A stretch of 64,000 nucleotides of DNA, taken from positions 186,001 to 250,000 of the forward strand of contig VJWM01000240.1 of NCBI GenBank assembly GCA_010909165.1, in the 5' to 3' direction. This document shows positions 11,401-22,492 of this stretch, in pieces (the first letter of the stretch is position 1; each line of letters opens with the position of its first letter). The notes below the pieces were generated by a model that searched no databases, was not told the DNA's origin, and worked only from the letters and a program-made list of their open reading frames with translations. The position numbers were made by a program, and so were the translations under genes. Origin of the DNA: Anthoceros angustus (taxonomy: Eukaryota; Plantae; Anthocerotophyta).

Positions 11401-12897
11401 CTTGATCTTTACAGGGCCATGCAAGGAGGAGGAGTGACTGCACTCGATGCTGTGACATTTCTGTCCCTCCTGCAGGCATGTGCGAGTGTTGGGACGCCAG
11501 CTCTAGAGATGGGGAAGCAGCTGCATGCACAGATTAGAGAACAAGGCCTTCATGCTGATGTGTTTGTAGCCAACAGCTTGGTACACATGTATGCAAAGTG
11601 CGGGAGCCTTGAGCATGCTCAAAGTGTGTTTGACAGTCTCATTCAAAAGGATGTGGTGACATGGACTGTCATGATAGCGGGATGTTCCGAGCAGGGTCTG
11701 TTGCGGGAAGCCCTGCATCTGTATTGGTTGATGCAAGAAGAAGGCACTGTCATACCCAACTCAATGACTTTTGTGTCTCTGCTGCAAGCATGTGCACGCG
11801 TAGGAACCCTGGCGTTGGGAACAGGGCGGCAGCTTCATGCACAAATTAGAGAACAAGGACTTCAAGCTGATGTGTTTGTAGCCAGCAGTTTGGTAGACAT
11901 GTATGCCAAGTGTGGCGGCTTAGAGGATGCCCGGGACCTGTTTGACAGGCTTGGTCAAAAGAATGTGGTGACGTGGAGTGCCATGATAGCAGGATATTCC
12001 CAGCAGGGCAGGGGGCAGGACGCCCTCGACCTTTACAGGGCTATGCAACAAGAACGTCTCTCTGCACCTAATTCTGTCACATTTCTGTGCCTCCTTCACG
12101 CATGTGCAAGTCTGGCAGCTTTGCATCTGGGAAGGCAGCTTCATGCAGATATAAGAGAACAAGAGCTTCAAACCGATGTGCTTGTAGCCGGCAGTTTGAT
12201 AAACATGTATGGCAAGTGCGGTAGCATGGTTGATGCACTGCAGGTGTTTGAGGCCTTACCCGAAAGAGATATTGTCGTCTGGAATGCACTAGTTGCAGGA
12301 TTCACCCGTCAAGGAGAGAGTGCATTGGTATTTGACTTGGTTCACAGAATCACAGAGGACGGGCTAAACCCAGACGGCTTCACGTTCCTTAGTGTACTAA
12401 CAGTGTGCAGTCATACGGGTCTTGTGAATAAGGGGCGAGAGTACTTTGAGGCTATGAGCAGACAGCATGGAGTCACTCCCACGGCAGACCACTACACGTG
12501 CATGGTGGACCTCCTAGGTCGTGCAGGACAGCTGCACGACGCTCTAGCCTTGGTAAGGACAATGCCGGTACTTCCTACTGCTGCTGCCTGGCACACTCTT
12601 CTGGGTGCTTGTCAAAAGTGGAGCAACTTGGAGGTGGGACGCCATGCTTTCGATGAAGCAGTGAAGTTAGACAAGAAAGATGCCGCAGCATATGTGTTGA
12701 TGGCGAACATCTACAGGGGTGTGCATTTGTGGGAGCAGGCACAGGAGATCCAGGCAAGGAGAGTAAGAATCGGAGCGAGGAAGCTGCCAGGGCAGAGCTG
12801 GTGGACAGATATGAGCGGATCAGTGCACAACTTTTTAGCCGGGGATAGGAAGCTTCGCTCAACGCCGGTATCTCTGTCTTCAAATGGGTCAGAGTGA
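8467..12897 (+). CDS. PLS-class pentatricopeptide repeat protein (about 38 PPR motifs, E1-E2, WW-type PG box, DYW deaminase core absent); likely organellar RNA-editing specificity factor
   Basis: Intronless 1476-aa ORF with 12 S motifs (mostly MY(A/G)KCG) in P-L-S triplets, then P2-L2-S2 (HYTCMVDLLGRAG), E motifs (WHTLLGACQKW, AYVLMANIY) and KLPGQSWWTD..VHNFLAGDR. The Arg-rich, acid-free N-terminus suggests mitochondrial import. Confidence 0.97.
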   Translation: MHGWLLRARRGVVVPLHATGVYRMIVTLASEEGVSKLCRQGQLDEAVEALGILVRSDRHVNVSRNLLYTVLKECVGKKDLPLGRRVHALTVKTGFESDTFLCNHVLRMYASHARLQEAVDVFTVVFKPDAFTWSAIISAHTDHGQDKQAIELYHAMRRSSVMPDGHVFVAALQACARGADLKSGQLVHADVLASGIEPNLFVWNSLVDMYAKCGSLEDARELFDGLGKKDVVTWSAMIAGYAQQDMGQEALHLYRAMKVEGVVEPNCVTFLCLLQACASVGALALEMGKQLHVHIRAQGIQGDVVLAGSLVNMYAKCGSLVDARRVFDGLDQKDVVTWSAMIAGYSQQGMGQEALCLYRAMQDEGMAAPSSVTYVSVLQACASVGTSALEKGKQLHGQIKGRGLQADVLVANSLVHMYAKCGSLVDARRVFDGLCEKTIVTWSAMIAGYSQHGMGQEALHLYSLMQEEGILTPNSMTFVCLLQACAGLGSLALEMGRQLHAQITERGFQADMFVANSLINMYGKCGRLEDARGVFDRLVQKDVVTWNAMIAGYSQQGMGQEALQLYMDMQQEGIVELDSVTFVCLLQACASAGTRGLEKGTQLHAQIRECRLQADGVVGGSLVNMYAKCGSLEDARGVFDGLGQKHVVTWNSMIAGYSQWGMGQEALSLYRSMGEDRVVAPDSVTFVSLLQACASVGSEALEKGRHLHAQIRRRGLEADVFVASSLINMYAKCGSLEDAKRVFDRLDGKNVVTWSALIAGYSQLGMGQEAFRLYNAMQEEGMDALDAVLFVSLLQACASSDTPSLEKVTLLHAQIREKGLQADVFVANSLINMYAKCGSLDNAQGVFDGLGQRNIETWNAIIAGYSQQGMAPEALCLYNAMQEDYKVAPNSVTFVRVLQACAMVGTSALGTGKQLHAQIRQRGLHADVFVASTLISMYAKCGSLQDARAVFEGLGQKNLVTWSAIIGAYSQKGMGQMALDLYRAMQGGGVTALDAVTFLSLLQACASVGTPALEMGKQLHAQIREQGLHADVFVANSLVHMYAKCGSLEHAQSVFDSLIQKDVVTWTVMIAGCSEQGLLREALHLYWLMQEEGTVIPNSMTFVSLLQACARVGTLALGTGRQLHAQIREQGLQADVFVASSLVDMYAKCGGLEDARDLFDRLGQKNVVTWSAMIAGYSQQGRGQDALDLYRAMQQERLSAPNSVTFLCLLHACASLAALHLGRQLHADIREQELQTDVLVAGSLINMYGKCGSMVDALQVFEALPERDIVVWNALVAGFTRQGESALVFDLVHRITEDGLNPDGFTFLSVLTVCSHTGLVNKGREYFEAMSRQHGVTPTADHYTCMVDLLGRAGQLHDALALVRTMPVLPTAAAWHTLLGACQKWSNLEVGRHAFDEAVKLDKKDAAAYVLMANIYRGVHLWEQAQEIQARRVRIGARKLPGQSWWTDMSGSVHNFLAGDRKLRSTPVSLSSNGSE

Positions 12898-13383
12898 ACC
12901 GGGCAAGGATCGAAACAAACGCCAGTTGCTCGCTGCGCAACATGCAAGAGCAGGGCTTCCTATCTTTCTTTATGTTGTATAAAAATCATACATGGCACGG
13001 TCCTTCACTTTGGACGCCCTTACATCTGCAGAAGAACCCTTCAGAACCCTTGCTGAAGATTTCTCCCCCGGGGTTGTTTTGATTTATTTTTAAAATACCA
13101 AATTAAAAAAAATCTGCAGAAGAAAAAACAGATAACATCTGATATTTAGTTGTGTGCCGACTACCTGAACGTAAATGGTGAGCAACATCTAGCACTGCGA
13201 TCTGATCTGCCGCCATCTCATCAAACGGACACGTTCCTTGCCACTTTTGGTACCAACGACACACTCAAATATATACAATCGAAACCCCAAAGACGCCGCG
13301 TCTAGGGTACCAATCTCCATTTTACTCACATGTCGGGACCTATTCTGAATGTGGTCCTCATCTCGATGCTTTCGCAATCGCGC

Positions 13384-13680
13384 CACAACGGAGACACACT
13401 GAAGCCACTGGACCACTGAGATGTCAAGTCTGCCAACGTTCTCCTGGTCTCCCAGCTGAATGATGGCAGGACGTGACACCTCGCTGGTGGATGGCTGGCT
13501 CGAAAGGACGATGAGCTCAAGAGACGGCCACGACGACACAGACAGCGAGGCTTCCTTGCAAGATTGCTATCAGATGGTGCAAATTTCCCACCGAGATGTT
13601 ATGGCTGCCAACATTCCAACGCCTGCGCGGTACGCAGCTGCGCGAATGCTGCCAGGAACATATTGACGGTACATCTCGGT
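13384..13680 (+). pseudogene. Receptor-like/Ser-Thr kinase fragments (two catalytic-loop relics)
   Basis: PLDH*DVKSANVLL at about 13405-13446 (CGA>TGA in HRD), LQDC...QISHRDVMAANI at about 13556-13615, and GTY*RYIS (GT.GY-like) at about 13656-13679. Confidence 0.7.
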
Positions 13681-14205
13681 GGGAAATGACAAAACCTAGC
13701 CAAGGCTGTGTACTGCCAACAACGAAGCTATTTTGGTCAGAGCTCTGAGCATGCCACGCCTTTATGCCGCCCCTGTCACAACACGACAATAAATGTACAT
13801 CCACAGGAACATGCTGGTCACCTTCTTTCTGCCAACGGAGGCGTGGAAGATGAACCAACTACCACCGGCGTCATACGATAATGCAGAACCACTCCGGTCT
13901 GCGAGCTAAAGCGAGCTTCTCGTTCATCCTATGTACGGTCTTCGCCTCGCCTCAGCAAGCAAAGATGTGCTAACTAGATAAGACTATTCTAACAAAGCTC
14001 TTCACAATCCACTCTAAGAAGGCTCTTTACAATCCGCAGTTACATACATGCAAGTTGTAGTACCAAGTCGAGAACTCAAGGCATAGTTCCTAAAATTGTA
14101 CAAGATTCACACAAGCTACCAAAACACGGACAAATCCTCGCAAATGTGCAGGCCTTGGGAGTCGGAAACGACAGAGTCGCTAGCCGATTCAGAACCTTGC
14201 AACTC

Positions 14206-16684
14206 CTACCACACATGTGAAAACAAGAACGTGTTGTCCCGAATTCTGCTAAACTCCAGCAAGCTTGCATACGTGCGGTCTGCGACTCCAACGTAGAGAG
14301 CCTCAGTGTCAGGACTGAAGGAGATGCCAGCAACCTCCCCAAAGATGTCAATTTCTTGACACCGGTTGTATCCACCCCTGGTGTCAAAGACATGGACAAA
14401 GTCTGCAGGCTCAGCCATCGCCATGTAGCTACCGTCGGATGTGAATCGGATAGACCTGATAGCACCCATTCTTCCCTTCAGGATGGTGACAGCAGAATCC
14501 AGCTGCCGGATGTCCCACAAACGGCACGTCGTGTCCTGGTTGCCTGTGGCAAACATGTGGCCGTCGGGATGCCAGGCTGATGCAAATGAGAAATCCAAGT
14601 GGCCTCTCAGAGTTGCAATGACCTGATCAAATTGGGGAGTTAGCCGTAGGAAGTGCATAGGGAGATTCAAACGATACAAGCTGGAAGGAAGGTGAAGGAA
14701 CCACACAAACCCAAATGGAATTGTACCTTTCCACTTTGGCAATCAGCAAGCAGACCTTCTGCCTTGTCACCAACGACAACCACCATCTTGCTGTTAGGGC
14801 TCACGGAAGTGTGCTGCAAGTTCCAAATCAAGAGTAAGAAAGGCCGTATGACCACTGCTTGAGCCCATTTTCAACTGAGTGTAAGAGTCACTGCGTGAGT
14901 GAGCAGTGAGCGAGTATGCAAGCCAATCAAAGACTTTTGTGGGTTGCCTTCCAGCACAACAGGAGAAACGTAGTCAATGGACCCCAAGCTAAAGCATAAG
15001 CAAATATACAGAGGGTAAGAAAAGCGCTCACATTCACTGCCCAGTTGTAATGAAAGCGGTTTAACACGGAAAACTTCTCAGTATCAAACACCCGTACGAT
15101 GGCATCATTGTTGGAGCTCATGATGCATGTCGCACCACTGCAGGCACCAGTAAAATGTCAGAAACAGCAGGACAAGCATCCACAGGTCTGCACGCAATTA
15201 CAAACTACTTGTACCTTACATGCTCACAAAAAGTAGAAAGGGCTAGACAGGCATATGACCTTGTAGAGTCAAAAATTTCAATGGCATTGGTGATGCCATT
15301 TTCATCGTACGTGATCTTCTTACAATAGGAGACTTCTGGGTCGTTCAGATTCTAATCACAGAGAACAACAAGATGTGAGAACATGTTCTACACATATAAA
15401 GCCCTGACAGCTTGTATGTGATTTAATGGTGCATTTTTCAGTTATGTAAGTTGACAACACGCACAGCAATAAATCATGTACAGTCTCCTGTATCTAAAAG
15501 AGAAGACATGATCCGTGTCTACTTCAGCTATCTGCAACCAAAATATCACAACAACAACAAAATGACTTACTTTGCACACCATTTCGCCCTGAAAGCCCCC
15601 AGCAACAAGAAGGTTGCGCTTGACACACATGGTGCTGATCTGCACACGTCCTAGCCCTGACTGACGAGCCAGGACAAACCATCCACTCATATGAGCAGTA
15701 AAAACAAATTCATCAGGTGAAAAAGAAATCGAGACTCATATGTCAACGCCCATAAATAGCGGCCCTGATAGAGCAACGATGTTTTAAGTAGCTTAATCAA
15801 ATGGCAGAGAGCATACTGTGGCACATCAAAACAGTAACAAATACCTTGAGAGCCTCAGGTGCCTCTGTATCCAGAACTTTTGTGACCTTCCTTCTAATTG
15901 CAGACCAATGAACAACTGCACTGGAGTCCTTCACGTATACATCATGCTTTGTTGTGGTCCATACCAGGTTCCGCAGCTGTAGATCATCGCGTCCACAAAT
16001 GAGCCAATTTGGACCGATAGTGCATGTATGGGTAACCAGCAAGTACTTCATCTCATGCAACGACAACTTCATCATTACAACGGACCAAGCCGACCCTTAC
16101 GCACCTGGAAGTGGAGAATGTGCGATCTCACTTGCCTCGTATTGTACTGAAAGTCATAGAACTTCCCGCTTCTTTCCACTTCTTTGCAATTCTGAAACAA
16201 CATCTCAGTGCCAGCTCCAAGACCAACAGCAGAAAGGCAGAAAGACAACCTTGCCAATAGGGTAGCCAGATCACCTTGTCCAATTCCTCCTGAATCTGCA
16301 AGTTCTGGTTATTCCTGTAGTCGCTCAGCCTCTTCTCACGGTACTTCTGCCTAGTAAATTGCAACCTGCTCCAGGGAATCCCCTGTATATCCTTCCCTTG
16401 CCTTGCTTGTACGCTGGAAGTGTCGGAAATCTGCCTCACCTGCGAGGCACAGAAATTAAGCTTCCCTACACCGCACGGCAGCCTCCCAGAATCCCTCTCT
16501 ACCATGCACTACAAGCGTAGAATTCCGAGCAAGGTAATTGCACCGCCGCAGCGTTACTCACCAGGTTGCCATCTCCTTCCGAATCACTCTCCTGGGACGG
16601 GGGCTGCTCCGTCCTCTCGGGGTCGTCGTCGATATCCACCATGTCACCGTACTCATCCGCGTAATCATCCACCTCGTGCTCCAT
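14206..16684 (-). CDS. WD40-repeat protein (plant/fungal C2A9.03-like, DUF2415-associated family), about 432 aa, 9 exons
   Basis: Exons 16684-16562, 16439-16275, 16191-16105, 15976-15845, 15660-15571, 15351-15260, 15137-15032, 14813-14727 and 14622-14206. All introns are GT-AG and frame-consistent. Motifs: GKDIQGIPW, HFQLRNLVW, GHLDFSFASAWHPDG..ATGNQDTTCRLWD, MAEPADFVH. Confidence 0.93.
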
Positions 16685-17499
16685 CCCTTGACGAACGGAC
16701 GGGAAAGGATGGCGCGCTTCAGCGAGTCCACGAGCTAGCAAGCTACCATGCGAGAGGAGAATCTACTACAAGCCCTGATACAAGTTAGCGCCACGCCAAG
16801 CCGAGCCCGGCCGCGGTGTGAGCACAATTCCGAGGCTAGCCCTCCAACAGCAACCAACGGGCTGAAAACTGGTTGGAGAAGCGTGTACTCACCAGCTCTT
16901 CCTCTCCAGGCTATGCTTCTTATGGGTTTGCAACCTTCACACAACCATGCCTTGTTTGGGCTCAACTCGGGACTTTACAATACACATCCATATTATTCGG
17001 TATATGTCAGTCGATGCATTATATAATTTATTGAGTAATTATATATCTTATTTATATTTCTCTTAATTTAGAAGACCTCAAGGCTATTACTATTGTGGAG
17101 ATAATCCATACTACTGTGGAGATAATCCACAAGGAGGTCCCGGGAAACAACATGGTGGCTCTTTGCGAGCAGAGATCATATACCTCTAAGCAGTTTCCAA
17201 GAGCCTTAAAACAAACATGGGATGCGAGTTCCCATGATAAGGGGCTCGAGAGGTTGCAAGCTGTGGAGCCTTTGTTATCGGAGTTGTAGCACACTGTTAG
17301 GAAGGCAGCGAGAATACTTAGGGAAAAAGAAACGGGTCGAAACCACCTTGTAGTGAGGAGAGTAAGTGCCAAATGTGAGCGGTAGGGGGTCACCTACAGT
17401 GGTAGGTAAGTAACCTGCCACCTTAATTGCAAGGCTTTTTCTAAAACCTTAGACTTTAGACCTTGGAACTTCAAAAAATATATTAATAATATATGTTAT

Positions 17500-19482
17500 T
17501 GTATAAATATATATAATATTTTTTCAAAGTTTCGGTCATGAACAACATACTGCTATATATGTCTTTCTAGCTACATACGTATTTCATTCCGTTGGCTTTG
17601 CTTAAATTCCAAGCAAACTAATCTGTTTAAAGTGGTTACTTATAGATGAAATAAGCCTCTATCTATGGGTACGAAATCATGCATGCAAGTAGGAATTATT
17701 GTTTATCAAAATAACTTAAGAGGTTAAAGGTAACGAGGCTTTGCTCAGACTCTAAGCAGACTAGTATGTTTAAGGCAATTACTTAGAGGTGAAGTAGGCC
17801 TCCACATATAAGGCACTCTTATTGGAAAAACTTGTGATGCCTACGATTCAACATTTCTTCAAGAAATAACTTATTGCATATATGTCTTTCTAGCTACATG
17901 AAGTTTTCTTCAAGAAACAATAGATTTTGAGGACTCGTAACAAATGGAAGCGAGCACACAATTACCGGATATATACACCGTTTCGACATAATGGACTTGA
18001 AACAAGTGAAGATTTCCGATACATTGTAGGCGCATTTGTTATTCGACTCCATTGCATATTTATTGGATGGAACAATAACATCTGCAAGCTGCGAATCAAA
18101 GCAATGTCGCAATTGGAAAGAAGCATAGAAGAAAAAGATCCCAACGCAATGGCGACTGTGGAAATATATTCAGGTGAGGTCTTGGTTGCCATCCATGGAC
18201 CAAATATCAAAAATATCAAACAATATATATATAATATGAAATTGCCAAAGTTAAGGTGATCTTGAACTCCACATGATGGATGTTAAGACAAAGATATTTG
18301 TATAGGCGCACGCAGAGGAAATATACATGAGACAACCCGAGGGTTCTGAAGTCAAAGGCAAAGAAGATTGGGTATGCCGACTCATCAAAGGTTTGTATGG
18401 CCTTAAGCGTCAAGAATTGGAACTTAACCATACATGTACAACTTATTGGGAGAGGATTTAAGCAAAGCCGTGATGCTTGTATGTACATCCTAATATCCGC
18501 AATGATATATTTTATCTTCTACTTTATGTTGATGATGTTTTTATGGCAACAAACTCCCTCACTCTCTAGAACTAAAGCATGGCTTAGGACTCTATTTGAG
18601 ATGTCCGATCTAGGAGAAATGACATATGCACTTGGTGTTAATATTATACGAAATAGAGGTAATAAGACTCTAAGTATAGTTCAAACCAAGTATATTAAGG
18701 AGAGTTTAGCTAAATTTGGACTTGAGGATGCAAAGCACTGCACCCACACCTTTTGCAAGTGGTGTTAGGCTTACCTCGAGATATGAGTCCCAAAACATGA
18801 AGAAAAGCTAGAAATGTCGGATTCCATCCGACATCTTGTTGGCACTCTAATATATTTATGCAATTTTACGAGACCGATATATCTTTTGAAGTCGGTTCAC
18901 CTCACAATTCTTGGAGAACCACAGGCGTGAGCCTTTGGATGTCATTAAGCGTATATTCGAGATACCTTAAAGGCACTATGTACAGGGGCGATGTTCAAGC
19001 ATACACCAGCTATCAACACATTAACTCTAACGGCATATCGATGCCGACTATCTTTAGTGACCCGACACCGAAAATCATGTCGGGTATGTATTACTCTTAG
19101 GAGGAGCACCAATATCCTGGTCAAGTAAGAAACAACCTACTATAGCTTTGTCAATCGAATCAGTGCTAACCTCGGTTCTAAAGACATAGTGTGGTCCAGT
19201 TAGTTTTGAGTGAACTTCACCATCCTCAACTTAAGCCTACATCTTTGTTTAGTGATAGCCGGTGCCATTGCACTTGCGAAATCTTTTCATTCTAGAACTA
19301 AACATATAGCTGTTGAGTATCACTACATAAGGGAAAAGTTAGAAGATCAAACCATAAATATTAGTTATGTTCAAACTTTAGACAATGTCGATTTATTAAC
19401 AAAGTCATTGGGAATTGAGTTACATAGGAAACACATGAAATGTTTGGGTATAATGGACACACTGTCCAAACCTTTAACCTAA
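17500..19482 (+). mobile_element. Decayed Ty1/copia pol (integrase relics, RT, RNase H)
   Basis: HCIFIGW (post-integrase), HMMDVKT...EEIYMRQPEG...VCRLIKGLYGLK, FEMSDLGEMTYALGV, GGAPISWSSKKQPTIALS and FHSRTKHIAVEYHYIRE in copia INT-RT-RH order. Many deletions and frameshifts. Confidence 0.9.
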
Positions 19483-20845
19483 TACTCACCCTAGCAGCCT
19501 TAGGGCCGATTTAAGATAACCTTAAAATCTTAGCCCAAAAATTATTGTCTTACTATTTTTCTGAACATTTTCTTCTTCTATCTCAAAATAGCTTAGGTCA
19601 TCCCCTTCCTCTTCATAGACGGCCAACATAGAACCTGGAATATTTTATATTAAAAATAAAAATAATATTTAAGCAGTATTTATGTGATTAAAACAATAAA
19701 TTCCCTTAGCACCAAAGGCACCTACGGAAAATATGTTTGATATGTCCTGGAAATTCCTCACATGGGAGACTTGCTATTTTATCATGTGGATGGTAGTTTC
19801 CTCACATATATAGGAGTCCGGACATCTCCTTTTCACTTAAACCTAAGGTGAGTATGTATACTTTATTTTCCTGGTCACCTTTTGGTAGAATTCGCTTATA
19901 ATAGCCCATGTTTTTGTCTTTAATACACTTAGGGAAACAAAATGTGTTTACAGCATCAAGCGCAGAAAATTTATGCTAGGTTATTATAGATCCTAAAACT
20001 CATATAGAAATTAGGATGCTTAAAATCTTGGATAACCCTTATTTAATATATTGCACCTTTCTTTTCAGCCCTTCCTTGTCATATCCTCCCATGCCGTCTC
20101 CACCCATCTCGCCGCAAACGCCACACACAAGTGTCACCTCTTTATCCATCAAGTCATTAGCATCCTTGTAATCCACTTGTGTCATAGCTTCTTCTTAGAA
20201 GCATAAGATGGGAAGCAATCTTTCCTACAAACACTTTTGGAGGTGGGCATTTTGCGGAGCATCATTCATTGGGGGAGGGCACGTCCTCATCACCTAGGCT
20301 GCGCTTCCTCCCCTTTGGTGAGCACATCCAGAATTGCTTCACAAATGAAGACATGGCAGAAATGAAGACATGGCGAAAATGAAGACGCAATCTTACACTT
20401 GGACTTGCTTCCTCTTCCTGCGGCCCCCTGAGGATCCTTAGGCATCTGGTTCAGCTTCATCCTCCGAGGATGAGGTCGATCAATGACAATGTGGAGATTT
20501 CTTTCTAAAAGGTCAGGAAGGACGAGGTCTGTGGAGGCAGAGACTCTTCATCACCAGCAGGACACGACTAGATGCATAGGGGCGCCCTCCCCTTCTTTGT
20601 TTGGCGCCAAGCGCCTGTGAGCGCCCCCCTTGCTCGCAAGGACGCCGATTGAAGGCGCGCTGGCCAAGGCGGCCGCTGGGCGGAGAGCGGGGCTCGACAG
20701 GCGCGATGGCGCCCCGTGGCGCCTCCTCCGTGGGCGGATTGGGCGCGCCTTGCTGCGGGTAGCCACCCTCCGCCATCGCCATCACCGCATATGTACCAAC
20801 CACCAAGTTGTCGGGATCGCGTTCGTGAAGTTTGAGGAAGAAGGG

Positions 20846-21708
20846 TATTATCCATTATCCTTTTGATTTTCCTTTTCGGAAATTAGGTATTTTCTGGATT
20901 TTCCTATATATAAATCCGCTTAAATACTTTTAATTAGTTTTAATTCCACCTATTCTTGAAGTTGGGTTATTAGTTTCTCATCTCGTTCTCCTTAAGTGGG
21001 AGTTATTTTAATAGTGATTATTACTTTCAGTTTTACCTTAAGTTTTACTTTATGCCTTTAAGTAAAGTTTAGTTAGGGACTAGTTTTACTAGACTAGTTT
21101 TCCTAGACCTCTTTTGGTCGAAAATCACCCCTAGTTCATAGTGAGTGGGAGTGATAAAATAGCTTACTATTAGGGCACTCTTCACTAGGGCACCTAGGAC
21201 TTAATAATTAATTTAGTCCTTAGGGCTCTAGGTAGTTTCTTTTAGTAGTTATTTAATTGGTTAGTTGTTACAACCACTTATTGGTTACAACTACCTTGCC
21301 TACATAAAGGCATGTACTTTCTATTATGAATGTAATGCAACACATATTGCTTGAGCTTGTGTATGATTCTCATCAATGCCTGGGGAACTCTCGGCGAGGG
21401 TAGACTACGGGGAAAGACTCCTGGAGGTTCTCATTGTTTGTGTCAAACTCATAGCAACCGGCCCAAGGAAGAACTTGCGGTGGAGGCCGACCCAGGCGGT
21501 TGTGCCGTGAGGCGGCGAGTAAGGCGAGGTTAGAATAGGAGGAAGATGAGGAGATGAGTAGAGGATTAGAGTGTAGGTGTTAGTGGAAGGCCACAGGCGA
21601 GCCTAAGGGACGAATCCCAAATGCAAGTAAAGGCCGCTCCACAGGTGGGGAAGAGTGGTCGTGAAGTAGGGACGAATTGCGGTGTGGATCGGGGGTCCAC
21701 GTGGCCCA
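20846..21708 (+). mobile_element. Putative 3' LTR (copy 1), preceded by a PPT
   Basis: Copia-like PPT AAGTTTGAGGAAGAAGGG ends at 20845. It is followed by TATTA, an AT-rich U3 and a TATA-like TACATAAA at about 21301. The right boundary is uncertain (21456 or 21708). Confidence 0.5.
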
Positions 21709-22492
21709 GTTAAAGCACACCACATACACAAAACAATCGCTCCACGGATCAAGCTCCAACACACACATAAAAATATTCGAGCACAGAGATATCCGGGCCA
21801 ACCATCTAACACGCACTGCCTACCCATTCACGGCTTGCTGCACCGATCACACAACGACCGGAACCATAAGTCATGAACACTGCAAGCTCAAGAAGCTACC
21901 ATAAGCACAAGAAGCTACCATAAGCACAAGAAGCTACACCACCAAGTTCAAAGCCACACCAAGAAGGTCTAGTAATTTTGAGCTGCAGACGGACATCTGG
22001 ACAAAGAGACGATCCGTCTCCGCATCACACCACCACTCCTAAGATCGCCAAGGTCGCGATGTCATTAGATGCATCCGTCTCCAAGGTTGAAAGCACACTT
22101 CAAACACAAAACAATCTCGGATCAATGACAAATGCAGATTTCTTTCTAAAGGTGCAGAAGGCGAGGTCTGTGGAGGCGAGACTCTTCATCACCAGCGAGG
22201 ACACGACTAGATGCATCAGCGGTAGGCGCCCTCGTCCTTTTGTTTGGGCGCCAGCGCCGTGGCGTCCTTGCTGCAAGGGGCCGGACGTGAAGGCGCGCCC
22301 GCCTGCGCGGCGGGGCGGAGAGGGCGGGGCTCGACAGGGCGATGGCGCCCCCACGTGGGCGCCTCCTCCCGTGGGCAGGATTGGGCGCGCCTTGCTGCGG
22401 GTAGCCACCCCTCCTGCCATCGCCATCACCTGCACATGTACCAACCACCAAGTTGTCAGGATCGCGTTTCGTGAAGTTTGAGGAAGAAGGGG

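Noticed and set aside
12780-12897. U-to-C editing (KP-type DYW) enzyme
   Set aside because: The PG box is PGQSWW rather than KPAxA-type, and no deaminase core is present.
8677-12947. Many minus-strand and alternate-frame ORFs over the PPR gene
   Set aside because: Shadow ORFs that repeat with the PPR period and have no independent motifs.
13189-13539. 116-aa minus-strand ORF
   Set aside because: QENVGRLDISV is the antisense reading of the kinase H(R)DVKSANVLL relic on the plus strand.
17130-17410. 5' LTR and PBS of the copia element
   Set aside because: It ends CA-G-TGGTA but does not match the 20846 LTR or a convincing tRNA-Met PBS. Left uncalled.
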